A stretch of 64,000 nucleotides of DNA from Hyphomicrobiales bacterium (GCA_021775855.1 JAJFGZ010000036.1:330-64329); one strand, 5' to 3'; positions 38,635 to 48,300 are shown, numbered from the stretch's first letter. Notes: generated by a model not told the origin, from the sequence alone. Program-made: numbers and translations.

Positions 38635-40107
38635 TTAGAATTGGAAATAAATGAACGGCGCAACGCCCTCGGGCGCAATCGCCTTGATGAACACCAGTCC
38701 AAGACCAAAAATCAGCATCGCACCGACCATACCAAACCTCGACAAGAACCGGCCAAACTGCTCGGGTAAATTGCGCGGCAGGAAATGTGATAACAGCGAC
38801 AGACCAACGAGGCCGGCCATGAAAGGCGTTGCGGCATAGGCAGGCTCGCTCCAATCCTGTAGTCCCGACAGATAGGCTCTTGCACTTTCCATGTCTTGCG
38901 ACCGGAACAATATCCACCCGATGCAGACAAGGTTGAATGTTACGACGACGCCGACCGTACCTGATATGAAGCGGTTCCCCCGATCTCCGAACGACAACAG
39001 ATTGGCAACAAACCCCGTGCCGAATTCGGTATCGGAATCGCGGCTGGGCCGCACCGCCCGCAACACCCGGTTCACGACTAGCAATACGCCGTGATACAGC
39101 CCCCAAAGAAGAAAATTCCAGGCAGCACCGTGCCAGACACCGCCAAGGACCATGGTCAACATTAAATTACGCCAGGTCTTGAGCCAGCCGCCCCGGCTGC
39201 CCCCAAGCGGGATAAACAGATAGTCGCGCAGCCAGGTAGACAGCGATATGTGCCAGCGCCGCCAAAAATCAATAATCGACGTGGCACGATAAGGTTGGTC
39301 GAAGTTTCTCACAAACCGGAAGCCAAGAAGCGCCGCGGTTCCGATCGCGATATCGCTGTACCCGGAAAAGTCGCAATATATCTGCACCGCATATGCATAG
39401 ACGCCGAGCAGCAGATCCGCACCGCTGTACGACCAGGGGTCGGCAAATACCCGATCAACAATTCCTTCAGATAGGTGGTACGCGATCACCATTTTCTTGA
39501 ACAAGCCGAATAAGATCAGGCTGAGACCAAACCCGGCGGTTTTTGGATCAAGCGAAGGCTCACTGCGTAACTGCGGAAGGAAGTGCGCAGCACGTACGAT
39601 CGGTCCCGCAACAAGCTGTGGGAAAAACGAGATGAACAGGAACAGGTCGACCGGGTTTGAGACCGGCGGCACGTCGCGCCGGTACACATCCACGATGTAG
39701 GAAATCCCCTGAAAGGTAAAAAAGGAAATCCCCACCGGGAGAATAATTTCAAGAAACGGCAGATCGCGCTCGATCCCCAGCTCGAACAGAATATCCGCGA
39801 GGCTGTCGAGGAAGAAGCCGTAATATTTGAAGAAACCGAGAACCAGCAGATTGAGCGACACGCCGATCGCAACAATGTGTTTTCGTCGCTTCATCTCATA
39901 TTCGAGCGAAAGGGCCTGCCCCGCCCAATAGTTGATCAGCGAGCTACCCGCGAGGAGCAGCATAAACCGCCAGTCCCAATAGCCGTAAAAGAAATAACTG
40001 GCACCCAGCAAAAACAGCTTGCGACCGTTGATCGAGCGCGCAAGTGACCAGCTCGCGGCGAATATTACGACGAAAAAAAGAGCAAAATCGAGGGTCGGAA
40101 AGAGCAT
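38635..40107 (-). CDS. MBOAT family membrane-bound O-acyltransferase (AlgI/PatA/DltB-like)
   Basis: 490 aa and polytopic. Conserved blocks: FWRRWHISLSTWLRDYLFIPLGGSR and the catalytic-His region GGVWHGAAWNFLLWGLYHG. Confidence 0.92.
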   Translation of the reverse strand: MLFPTLDFALFFVVIFAASWSLARSINGRKLFLLGASYFFYGYWDWRFMLLLAGSSLINYWAGQALSLEYEMKRRKHIVAIGVSLNLLVLGFFKYYGFFLDSLADILFELGIERDLPFLEIILPVGISFFTFQGISYIVDVYRRDVPPVSNPVDLFLFISFFPQLVAGPIVRAAHFLPQLRSEPSLDPKTAGFGLSLILFGLFKKMVIAYHLSEGIVDRVFADPWSYSGADLLLGVYAYAVQIYCDFSGYSDIAIGTAALLGFRFVRNFDQPYRATSIIDFWRRWHISLSTWLRDYLFIPLGGSRGGWLKTWRNLMLTMVLGGVWHGAAWNFLLWGLYHGVLLVVNRVLRAVRPSRDSDTEFGTGFVANLLSFGDRGNRFISGTVGVVVTFNLVCIGWILFRSQDMESARAYLSGLQDWSEPAYAATPFMAGLVGLSLLSHFLPRNLPEQFGRFLSRFGMVGAMLIFGLGLVFIKAIAPEGVAPFIYFQF

Positions 40108-40192
40108 ACAGCGCCCGGACTCGTATCATTTTAACACAATTGCCAATACGAGGTGCAATTGTCAGGCCGGATTGACCCGTTTCGCCTTGGCG

Positions 40193-41113
40193 TCAGTCGA
40201 CCCGGTTTATCTGGGCCAGGCGGTCATAGGCAAAAGTCGCGTCACCGCTCCGGCTGGGCCGTGTGGTCGGAGGGGGCGGGAAAGCGTTACCATTCCCAGC
40301 CGGCGCACGCCCCGCTGTGGCGTTGACCAGATCAGCTCGCAATACCCGCTCAACGGTGCTCGCTAGCATACGGTCTCCTGGACCGGTAAAGTGGATCCCG
40401 TCATCCATCCGCAGCCGCCGCGTACGCCCCGTAATATCTGGTCCATAGGCATTGTACTGCCCCTGATCGTCGGCGAACTCATTCCAGGTATCGACGAATT
40501 TGACGCCATGTTCGATGGCGCTTTCGCGGACAACCGCGTTCACCCGCGCCGCGTGGGTTGAAAAAGATGGCGAGCGCATGATCGGCAACCCGATCCAGTA
40601 AACCGCGATACCGCGCTCACTCAGTTGCTCCATAATCCGGTCGACCCTGGCCCGGTATTCCTGCTGCCATTCCGGTGAATTGGTCCTGTAATGACCCCGC
40701 TCGGCACGGATCGCCTGCTTGTCATTTGTTCCAAACAGCACTACAGCGATCTGGATGGATTCCGCCCCAAGAATTTTTTCCAACTCCTCTGGCCAGTCGT
40801 AATAATCGTTGCGCACCAGTCCCGTTGAGACACGCGATCTACGCTCAATGCGGATCCCCTGTTCGCCACGGAAGGCTTCGTTCAGTCCGCGCCAGACACC
40901 GTTCCCGAGGGAATCACCAATCACCACAAGCCGATAACCCGCCTGTCCCGAAGGGGCCGGGAGGTAACGGTCTAGCGCGTTTGGAGAGATATTTTCTACA
41001 GCCTGTATAGCCGTGGTTGTCAGCAAAAACATGGCCAACAACATCCCCAGTGACGCGGCGATCCTGGATCCCAGGCGGCGAATCAATTTTGGGGCATTCA
41101 TACGCAATACCAT
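40193..41113 (-). CDS. DUF459 / SGNH-hydrolase-fold protein, paralog B (intact GDS)
   Basis: 306 aa with a signal/anchor segment. SGNH blocks: LVVIGDSLGNG, FGTNDKQA and DDGIHFT. Clearly paralogous to 36919..38124. Confidence 0.88.
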   Translation of the reverse strand: MVLRMNAPKLIRRLGSRIAASLGMLLAMFLLTTTAIQAVENISPNALDRYLPAPSGQAGYRLVVIGDSLGNGVWRGLNEAFRGEQGIRIERRSRVSTGLVRNDYYDWPEELEKILGAESIQIAVVLFGTNDKQAIRAERGHYRTNSPEWQQEYRARVDRIMEQLSERGIAVYWIGLPIMRSPSFSTHAARVNAVVRESAIEHGVKFVDTWNEFADDQGQYNAYGPDITGRTRRLRMDDGIHFTGPGDRMLASTVERVLRADLVNATAGRAPAGNGNAFPPPPTTRPSRSGDATFAYDRLAQINRVD

Positions 41114-41280
41114 CTACTCAAACCCTTGCAGGTCGTTTTCGGATCAGCAACCTTGCTGCAAGCGGAATATGCCGATCCGGCGCGACTACCGAAAGGTAAA
41201 ACCATATATATCGTGAACGCACAACTTTTTCCTGCCGCCCAAGGCGACAAATCAGGCAGGTGCCGCATGCCTTGGTTTGA

Positions 41281-42510
41281 TCAGGATTTAAGCCGGTTGA
41301 GCAACGGCAAACTGGCATATCCGTCCGGGACCAGGCCAACGGAGCGCTGATATTGCCTAATCCCGGCCCGGGTTTGCTGTCCGACCACACCATCGGCTGA
41401 GCCGACGGGGAACCCTGCCCCGTTGAGCAATTGCTGCAACTCAACTTTCTGACTGCGGGTCAGCGGCAGAGCGTCTTCAGGCCAGGATTGGGTGAAATTG
41501 CCGGCTCCACCAATCCTGTCTGACAAATGACCGACCGATAGGGCGTAGGCCGTGGCATTGTTGTAGCGCAGGATCGCACGAAAATTCCGCAGGGTCAGAA
41601 ACGCCGGGCCGCCCGCCCCTGACGGTAAGATAAAATCTGCCTCGTCGGCTTGATGCAACAACGCCCCACCCCCCGGCAACCGCAACCCGAGCCGCTGCCA
41701 TTCGGAGACAGCACGCCGGCCGGTACCCATGACAGTAAAGTCAAAATTATCCGGGACCTTGACTTCATAACCCCAGGGTTTTCCTGGCTGCCATCCGGAG
41801 ACGCGCAGATAATTGGCGGTCGAGCCCAGGGCATCCGCAATCGACTGCCAGATATCCCGGCGGCCATCACCGTCAAAGTCGACCGCATAGGCATTGTAGG
41901 TGGTCGGAATAAACTGGGTGTGCCCCATCGCGCCTGCCCACGAGCCGGTCATCAATTCGGGCGTGATGTCCCGGCGTTCGAGAATTTGTAAGGCAGCTAA
42001 AACCTGGCGCCTGCCGAACCGCTGACGCCGGCCGCTATAGCCGAGTGTTGCCAAGGCTTCGATAACGTTCTTGTCGCCCAGATGGCCACCGTAATTGGAT
42101 TCCATGCCCCAGATTGCAAGGACAATGGTCCTGTCGACGCCGTATACTGCCTCGATCGCATCCAGCACGCTGTCAAATTCCCGAATTTTTTCCTGGCCGG
42201 TCTCGACCCGCTGATCGGACACCGCACGGCCCATATACTCCCAGATCGGGCGCACAAACTCCGGTTGATTGCCGGCAGATTCGTATATCGATTCGTCCGG
42301 CCTGACGTCTTCAAACGCCGCATCAAACGTCGCCCTCGAAACTCCAAGCGCGCGGGCCTCAGGCCAAAGCCGTGTAACCCAGTCGTCGAATGCATCGGCC
42401 ATTGCCGGACCGGTCGCATCACCGGCAAGCAAAATCGACACAACCCCCAGCACCGCGAGGTGCATTTTCGCAAGCCCCGAAATTCGTGAAGGCAAATTGT
42501 TCGCGTGCAT
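41281..42510 (-). CDS. Lytic murein transglycosylase (MltB/SLT_2 family) with a C-terminal PG-binding domain
   Basis: 409 aa with a signal peptide. ...AIWGMESNYG... holds the catalytic Glu and ...GAMGHTQFIPTTY... follows. C-terminal PG_binding_1 repeat (LQQLLNGAGFPVGSADGVVGQQTRAGIRQYQ). Confidence 0.9.
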   Translation of the reverse strand: MHANNLPSRISGLAKMHLAVLGVVSILLAGDATGPAMADAFDDWVTRLWPEARALGVSRATFDAAFEDVRPDESIYESAGNQPEFVRPIWEYMGRAVSDQRVETGQEKIREFDSVLDAIEAVYGVDRTIVLAIWGMESNYGGHLGDKNVIEALATLGYSGRRQRFGRRQVLAALQILERRDITPELMTGSWAGAMGHTQFIPTTYNAYAVDFDGDGRRDIWQSIADALGSTANYLRVSGWQPGKPWGYEVKVPDNFDFTVMGTGRRAVSEWQRLGLRLPGGGALLHQADEADFILPSGAGGPAFLTLRNFRAILRYNNATAYALSVGHLSDRIGGAGNFTQSWPEDALPLTRSQKVELQQLLNGAGFPVGSADGVVGQQTRAGIRQYQRSVGLVPDGYASLPLLNRLKS

Positions 42511-42512
42511 GA

Positions 42513-43733
42513 TTATCTCCGCAATCTCAATCCAACGACAAACGAATTCGCCGTGTAATCCGCATTCCCGGCGGTCGTTTCAAAACTGAATCGGCTATAG
42601 GACGCGGTCAAGGCAACATTGCGGCTCAAAAGATAGGCAATCCCGAACCGCGAGGTTATTTCGGTTTCAACAGGCCCGGTTGAGACAAATTCGTTCCGCG
42701 CATACGTGACACTGCCGTTCAGTTCGATATTTCGCTTCAATGCGTGATTGACCCCAAGCGTTACGCTTCGCCTGACCACCCCGGGCGAACCGGCAAATGT
42801 CGTCTCGCCAATATCCGACTGGGCATCGAGCGTGACATTGGTCAATCCTGTTGCGTCCCAGGTCAGATTGGCCGCGTAGACCACATCTTCGATTTTTGAG
42901 AAAGATGGATCGTCTGGCGACTGGACCTGGCGCCCGACGGACACCGACCCCCTGAGCGCGCTGGCAATATCCATATTTGCACCGATGGATACGATATACC
43001 CGTCGGACCCGCGGAGAAATCCGCCCAGATCAATCTGTTGATCAAATTCCCGGCGGTTGGTCGAAACCTCTCCAAAAACGCTCCAGGCGGGCGATACTTC
43101 ATAGGTCAGTCGTGCCGCGACTTCTTTTTCGTCATAGTCGGCAACTGCATCTTCGGTCAGCGACCCGAGAGAGACCGTACCCCGGTCGCCAAAATCGAAT
43201 TCATTGATAGTGCCGCGTACCGACGCGGTCAGCCGATTGAATCTGTGCGAAAGCTCGGCGCCCGCGCGGTATGTTTTGTCATCGATATTGTCTTCCGTAT
43301 CCAGACCGTATCCGGCAGCGAGCGCAAGTTGGGTATCACTGCGCACATCCAGGGTGAGCGTCACATCCGCATCAAGATTGCTATCGTCCTCGCCTGAGAC
43401 GTCCTGAAAAGTCGTAAACCCGCCACGCAACAATCCCGTCAGTGAGTGTCTGGCCCAATCCGATTGGGCCGAAACTTGCCCCTGGATCGACGTGAAGGTA
43501 GATGATTCCTGCCCTTGCACGGCCCCCGCAGCGTTGTCTGTTATACCCTCTCGAATTTCGAATTCCGGGTACATGATGAAGGTGCCGGCACGAATCCCGA
43601 GCGGCGCATACGGATCCTCATCCGCCTGCTGGGCAAATGCTGGCGCAAACGCACATATCGGCAGCACTGCAGCCAGGACCATTGTCCGGGCGACTTTCCA
43701 GGAATTGTGGGCTATATGTGTTTTTGCCATCAC
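42513..43733 (-). CDS. Outer-membrane beta-barrel protein (putative porin-2 / DUF-type barrel)
   Basis: 406 aa. Signal peptide ...AFAPAFAQQ. The rest shows alternating amphipathic beta-strand periodicity throughout. The stop is 3 nt before the mltB-like start. Confidence 0.75.
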   Translation of the reverse strand: MMAKTHIAHNSWKVARTMVLAAVLPICAFAPAFAQQADEDPYAPLGIRAGTFIMYPEFEIREGITDNAAGAVQGQESSTFTSIQGQVSAQSDWARHSLTGLLRGGFTTFQDVSGEDDSNLDADVTLTLDVRSDTQLALAAGYGLDTEDNIDDKTYRAGAELSHRFNRLTASVRGTINEFDFGDRGTVSLGSLTEDAVADYDEKEVAARLTYEVSPAWSVFGEVSTNRREFDQQIDLGGFLRGSDGYIVSIGANMDIASALRGSVSVGRQVQSPDDPSFSKIEDVVYAANLTWDATGLTNVTLDAQSDIGETTFAGSPGVVRRSVTLGVNHALKRNIELNGSVTYARNEFVSTGPVETEITSRFGIAYLLSRNVALTASYSRFSFETTAGNADYTANSFVVGLRLRR

Positions 43734-43765
43734 AAATTGGAACCGGGCAATGCCTCGTCCTTCTG

Positions 43766-43781
43766 GCCGGATATATCCGGC
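43766..43781. promoter_or_regulatory. Perfect 16-bp palindrome GCCGGATATATCCGGC in a divergent promoter region
   Basis: Lies between the OM-barrel gene (start 43733, minus strand) and kpsF (start 43884, plus strand). It is a candidate operator or short hairpin. Confidence 0.3.
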
Positions 43782-43883
43782 ATTTCTGTTCAGGCAAAAT
43801 ATGTGAATTAGGGTTAATACGGCGTATATCTTCCCCCAAAAGATACATTCGGCAAAATTGTTCCGGCGGAGTAAAATGTCCTC

Positions 43884-44909
43884 ATGGGTTCATCAAAATT
43901 GACAAAAATTGAAAAGAACGAAGCAGGTCAGGACGCGGATCTGCTAGGCGAACCAGTGCGCTCGGGAATTCGAACCCTGGAATTCGAAGCCGAAGGTCTG
44001 GCAGCCCTGCGCAAAGCGATTGGCGGCGAATTGAGCGGCGTCTTCACCGAAACAGTGGAGAAGATCCGTAACGTTTCGGGACGCGTCATCGTCACCGGTA
44101 TGGGCAAAAGCGGCCATGTGGGCACCAAGATCACGGCAACGTTCGCATCAACGGGTACCCCATCCTTCTTCGTCCATCCAAGCGAGGCAGGTCACGGCGA
44201 TCTGGGCATGATTACCCACCGCGATATCGTACTGGCCCTGTCCTGGTCGGGGGAAACCACGGAACTGGCTTCAGTTATTGATTTTTCCAGGCGCCACGGG
44301 GTGCCCCTGATCGGGGTCTCGTCAAACGCGGAAAGCACACTCGCCAAGGCCGCCGACATTGCGATCACCCTACCGATCGCGCGCGAAGCCTGCCCGCACA
44401 ATCTTGCACCAACGACATCATCGCTGATGCAATTGGCGCTCGGCGATGCGTTGGCAATCGCGCTGCTTGAGAGCCGCGGATTTACTGCAAGCGACTTCAA
44501 GGCATTTCATCCGGGCGGCAAGCTCGGCGCGCAACTGACCCTAGTCAAAGAGGTGATGCATTCCGGAGACCGGCTGCCTTTGACCCCGGGCGATACCGCT
44601 ATGTCGGAAGCCCTGCTGATCATGACCGAGCGCAGTTTTGGTTGCCTTGGGATAACCGGCAAAGGCGGCAAGCTTGTCGGGATCATCACCGACGGCGATC
44701 TGCGCCGGAACATGGACGCGAATCTCCTCAAACAAACCGCCCAAAACGTCATGACCAAAGACCCCAAGACCGTTGCCCCGGACACGCTGGTCGGCGTCAC
44801 TTTGGAAATCCTCACAAGCCGGTCGATTACAGCATTGTTTGTGGTAGAAGACGGCCTACCGGTTGGCATAGTCCATATTCATGATCTATTGAGGATCGGC
44901 GCCGCCTGA
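43884..44909 (+). CDS. kpsF: Arabinose-5-phosphate isomerase (KpsF/GutQ family; SIS + tandem CBS)
   Basis: 341 aa. SIS block RVIVTGMGKSGHVGTKITATFASTGTPSFFVHPSEAGHGDLG. C-terminal CBS pair. Confidence 0.92.
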   Translation: MGSSKLTKIEKNEAGQDADLLGEPVRSGIRTLEFEAEGLAALRKAIGGELSGVFTETVEKIRNVSGRVIVTGMGKSGHVGTKITATFASTGTPSFFVHPSEAGHGDLGMITHRDIVLALSWSGETTELASVIDFSRRHGVPLIGVSSNAESTLAKAADIAITLPIAREACPHNLAPTTSSLMQLALGDALAIALLESRGFTASDFKAFHPGGKLGAQLTLVKEVMHSGDRLPLTPGDTAMSEALLIMTERSFGCLGITGKGGKLVGIITDGDLRRNMDANLLKQTAQNVMTKDPKTVAPDTLVGVTLEILTSRSITALFVVEDGLPVGIVHIHDLLRIGAA

Positions 44910-44955
44910 ACCTTGCCCGGTCAGGCGGTTGGGTGACTTTGACAAGGCAGGTGTG

Positions 44956-46488
44956 ATGGCAAATCCAGGCCTTGAAAACCGGTCTGATTCCGATTTCGAT
45001 CTGGTAGTAATCGGCGGCGGGATAAACGGCGCAGCGGTCGCCCGTGACGCGGTCGGTCGGGGATTACGGGTCGCCCTGTATGAACGCGGCGACTATGCCG
45101 GCCAGACCTCGTCCGCATCTTCCAAGCTTATCCATGGCGGCCTCAGGTACCTGGAAAATTATGAGTTTTCCCTCGTCCGGGAGGCGTTGCACGAGCGCGA
45201 TGTGATGATGGCCAATGCACCGCACCTGGTGCACCCGGTCCGGTTCCTGATACCTATTTATAAATCAAGCAAGCGGCCCGCATGGTTTCTGCGGCTCGGG
45301 CTTTTTATCTATGATTTCCTGGCATCCAGCGACCGGATCGGGCGCAGCGGTTCATTGTCGCGTGACGAAATCGATGCCGTACCGCATCTCAAGAAATCCG
45401 ATCTGGCGGCCATCTTGCATTACATAGATTGCCAGGTTGACGACGCCCGGCTTGTGATCTCAACCCTGCTCGATGCCCGCATGCGCGGGGCTGAAATCAA
45501 CAACTACAACGACGTCACTGCGATCAAACCCTGCGACAACGGATACCGGATATCGATCCGCAATCAGCAGCGCAATTACGACGTAACGGCCCGATTTGTG
45601 GTCAATACGGCGGGACCCTTTGCCAACCGGTTGCTGGACCGCGTCGACGGGGACATGCCCCGTATGGGCTTGCGCCTGGTGCGTGGGTCGCACCTCTTAT
45701 TCAAAATGCCGGACCCGGCCCTGACCACTGCATTCACGTTGCAGAATGACGATGGCCGGGTGATCTTTGTTATTCCATGGCAGGGCGGGCGGTTCATCAT
45801 GGTCGGGACCACCGATGCCCTGCAGGCGGACGTATCCACCAACCCGGCATGTTCGGTCCACGAGCGCGATTACCTTCTCGCGGCCTTCAACGAATATTTC
45901 GATTACGAGGACCGACCCGCCGGCGTGGCAGATATCGTCTGGTCCTGGGCCGGCGTCAGGCCGCTTGTGGATGATGGAGCGGACAATCCAAGCAAAGTCA
46001 CGCGTGGTGTCCGGATCCTGAAAAAACAGCAGGGCCGGGGCGGGTTCGTCACCGTCTATGGCGGTAAACTGACGACCCACCGCCTGCTTGGTCTCAAGGT
46101 GATGAAAAAACTGAAGTCTCTCGGCGCTAAAATCGGCCTCCCCTGGACCGATACCGCTCCCGTTACCGGCGGAGCGCTAAGCCGGGATGCACTGCAAAAC
46201 CTGGCAAATGGCGGGCCAAATGTCATCCCCCTCGTCACCCGCCAACGGCTTGTCTTTACTTACGGTGATGTGGCCGGAGAGATGTTCGAAGTTACCCGCA
46301 AAAAACCTGACCTTGCCAGGGAGATCGCGCCCGGCATCCCCGAAATCGAATTGCGCCATGCCCGCGACAACGAGGACGCCCGCACGGCTGAAGATTTCCT
46401 GTACCGGCGCACCAAGCTGTTTCTGACCCTCGACGCAGTTTCCACGAAAAAAATCGAGAAATGGTTCGCATCGAATAGCGAAAATTGA
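44956..46488 (+). CDS. glpD: FAD-dependent glycerol-3-phosphate dehydrogenase
   Basis: ORF 44929..46488 opens with a TTG. The ATG at 44956 gives MANPG...FDLVVIGGGINGAAVARDA. ...SSKLIHGGLRYLE... is the GlpD signature. Confidence 0.92.
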   Translation: MANPGLENRSDSDFDLVVIGGGINGAAVARDAVGRGLRVALYERGDYAGQTSSASSKLIHGGLRYLENYEFSLVREALHERDVMMANAPHLVHPVRFLIPIYKSSKRPAWFLRLGLFIYDFLASSDRIGRSGSLSRDEIDAVPHLKKSDLAAILHYIDCQVDDARLVISTLLDARMRGAEINNYNDVTAIKPCDNGYRISIRNQQRNYDVTARFVVNTAGPFANRLLDRVDGDMPRMGLRLVRGSHLLFKMPDPALTTAFTLQNDDGRVIFVIPWQGGRFIMVGTTDALQADVSTNPACSVHERDYLLAAFNEYFDYEDRPAGVADIVWSWAGVRPLVDDGADNPSKVTRGVRILKKQQGRGGFVTVYGGKLTTHRLLGLKVMKKLKSLGAKIGLPWTDTAPVTGGALSRDALQNLANGGPNVIPLVTRQRLVFTYGDVAGEMFEVTRKKPDLAREIAPGIPEIELRHARDNEDARTAEDFLYRRTKLFLTLDAVSTKKIEKWFASNSEN

Positions 46489-46645
46489 GCAAGTCCGGAT
46501 CGACGCGGAAATATCCTCAAGGGTTTGTTAACCCTGTTACTTAGCGAACAATTATAAAAGCTTCGCTAGATTCCCCTTGTAACAATTTGCCGTACCGGCG
46601 GGTGTGGGCCCGTTGGATCGGAGCAAAGCTTCAAGTAGGGACGTC

Positions 46646-47413
46646 ATGGATATTGCAACAATTGCAGGAATTATAGCCGGGTCAGCGGTTGTCCTCGCCG
46701 CTATTTTGGTTAGTGGCGACATCACCACCTTTGCCGATACACCATCAGCATTGATTGTGCTTGGTGGCGGTTTCGCCGCGACTTTTATCCGTTTTCCCCT
46801 TTCCAGTATTTTTTCCGCATTGATCCTCGGCGCCAAAACCGCTTTTACCCACAGAAAGACCAACCCGCGGGAAACCATCGAGGAAATTACCAGTCTTGCC
46901 GAAACAGTGCGTAAAAACGGTCCCCTCGGGCTCGAAGGTATCGATATCAGTGACCCGTTTCTCTCCAAGGGCGTACAGTATATCGCCGACGGCTATGACG
47001 GTCCTTTCATCCTGGAAAGCATGGAACGGGAACGGGACCTCAATCTGGAGCGTCTCGATGACGGCCAGCGGGTATTCAAGGCCATCGGAGACGCAGCCCC
47101 TGCCTTCGGTATGATCGGAACCCTGGTCGGTCTGGTGCAGATGCTTGCCACCATGGATGACCCCTCGACCATCGGCCCCTCAATGGCCATCGCCCTCCTG
47201 ACGACGCTCTATGGCGCCTTGCTTGCCAACCTTGTTGCCCTGCCGATCGCCGACAAGCTTGGTCTCAAAATGAAATTTATGGAAATCAACAGCACGCTCG
47301 CCATCGACGGGATCATGCAGATCCGTGAAAACAAGAGCCCCAACCTGATCCGGGAATTGCTGGTTGCCTATCTTCCAGAAAAGATGCGGGCGGAACTGGA
47401 AGCGGCCGCTTAA
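46646..47413 (+). CDS. motA: MotA/PomA-type stator channel protein (MotA/TolQ/ExbB family)
   Basis: Start at MDIATIAGIIAGSAVVLAAILVSG (ATG 46646, with AGGGA as SD). About 255 aa and 4 TM segments. The C-terminal block PAFGMIGTLVGLVQML...LLTTLYGALLANL is typical of PomA/MotA. Confidence 0.85.
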   Translation: MDIATIAGIIAGSAVVLAAILVSGDITTFADTPSALIVLGGGFAATFIRFPLSSIFSALILGAKTAFTHRKTNPRETIEEITSLAETVRKNGPLGLEGIDISDPFLSKGVQYIADGYDGPFILESMERERDLNLERLDDGQRVFKAIGDAAPAFGMIGTLVGLVQMLATMDDPSTIGPSMAIALLTTLYGALLANLVALPIADKLGLKMKFMEINSTLAIDGIMQIRENKSPNLIRELLVAYLPEKMRAELEAAA

Positions 47414-47423
47414 GGAGCGTTCC

Positions 47424-48278
47424 ATGGCAAAGAAAAAGGCAGCCGGTGGATCAAATATTCCAGAATGGCTGGTCACGTTCGCCGACCTGATGTCCATTCT
47501 GGTGGCGTTCTTCGTGCTGCTGATTTCCTTTTCGGTCCAGGACGATGAACAACTGCAGGTTGTTGCCGGCTCTGTCCGCGAGGCCTTTGGTATCCGCGAT
47601 GAATCCCGAAAAGCCGGGATGATCGAGATCGAGGGCGCGCCGGTCCGCAATTTTGCCCGCCAGGTTGAAGTTGACTCCCGCCCTGAGGATACGGACTACG
47701 CCGACGTGCGAAACGATGAAGCGCGCCAGCAAGGTCCGGAGGCAAATACTCACGATTTCGAACTTTCCGAAGTCACGGAAATGCGACAGTTTGCATCCAC
47801 GGCCGCCTCGCTTCGTCAGGCCTGGGGCGAAATGCCAGATGTGGCCGACGCCACCGACCAAATACTGATGGAGGAAACGCCGGAAGGGTTAAACATCCAG
47901 CTGCTCGATCAGGAAGGCCGCTCGATGTTCGAACCCGGGCAGGTTTCCCTGCGTGCCCGCACCCGGCGTATCCTTGAAGGCATGGCGCCGGTTCTACGCG
48001 CCCTGCCAAACCGAATCGAGATTGCCGGCCATACGGATTCGTCCAGGCTCTACGACCGGCCAGGATTCACCCAGTGGGAATTATCGGCCGCTCGCGCCAA
48101 CGCTGCGCGCGCAGTCCTGGCTGAAAACGGATTGAGCCACGACCGGTTTTTCTCAGTCGTCGGCAAGGCCGATACCGAGCCATTATTTCCGGACAATACA
48201 ACCCTGGCGGCCAACCGCCGGATTTCGATCCTGATCATGACGGAAGCACCGCCAATCGCGTTGACCCACCGCCCCTGA
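47424..48278 (+). CDS. motB: MotB-type stator protein with an OmpA-like PG-binding C-terminal domain
   Basis: Start at MAKKKAAGG..PEWLVTFADLMSILVAFFVLL (conserved Asp in FADLM), preceded by AAGGAG. The OmpA-like C-terminus reads IEIAGHTDS...WELSAARANAA...NRRISIL. Confidence 0.85.
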   Translation: MAKKKAAGGSNIPEWLVTFADLMSILVAFFVLLISFSVQDDEQLQVVAGSVREAFGIRDESRKAGMIEIEGAPVRNFARQVEVDSRPEDTDYADVRNDEARQQGPEANTHDFELSEVTEMRQFASTAASLRQAWGEMPDVADATDQILMEETPEGLNIQLLDQEGRSMFEPGQVSLRARTRRILEGMAPVLRALPNRIEIAGHTDSSRLYDRPGFTQWELSAARANAARAVLAENGLSHDRFFSVVGKADTEPLFPDNTTLAANRRISILIMTEAPPIALTHRP

Positions 48279-48300
48279 TCGCAAGAACAGGAATTTTGAG

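Noticed and set aside
46646-48278. The MotA/MotB pair as a Zorya-type anti-phage system.
   Set aside because: The MotA homolog is PomA-sized (about 255 aa) and lacks the long ZorA cytoplasmic tail. No ZorC/ZorD-like (or ZorE) gene follows. The neighbours are housekeeping genes (glpD, NfeD/SPFH).
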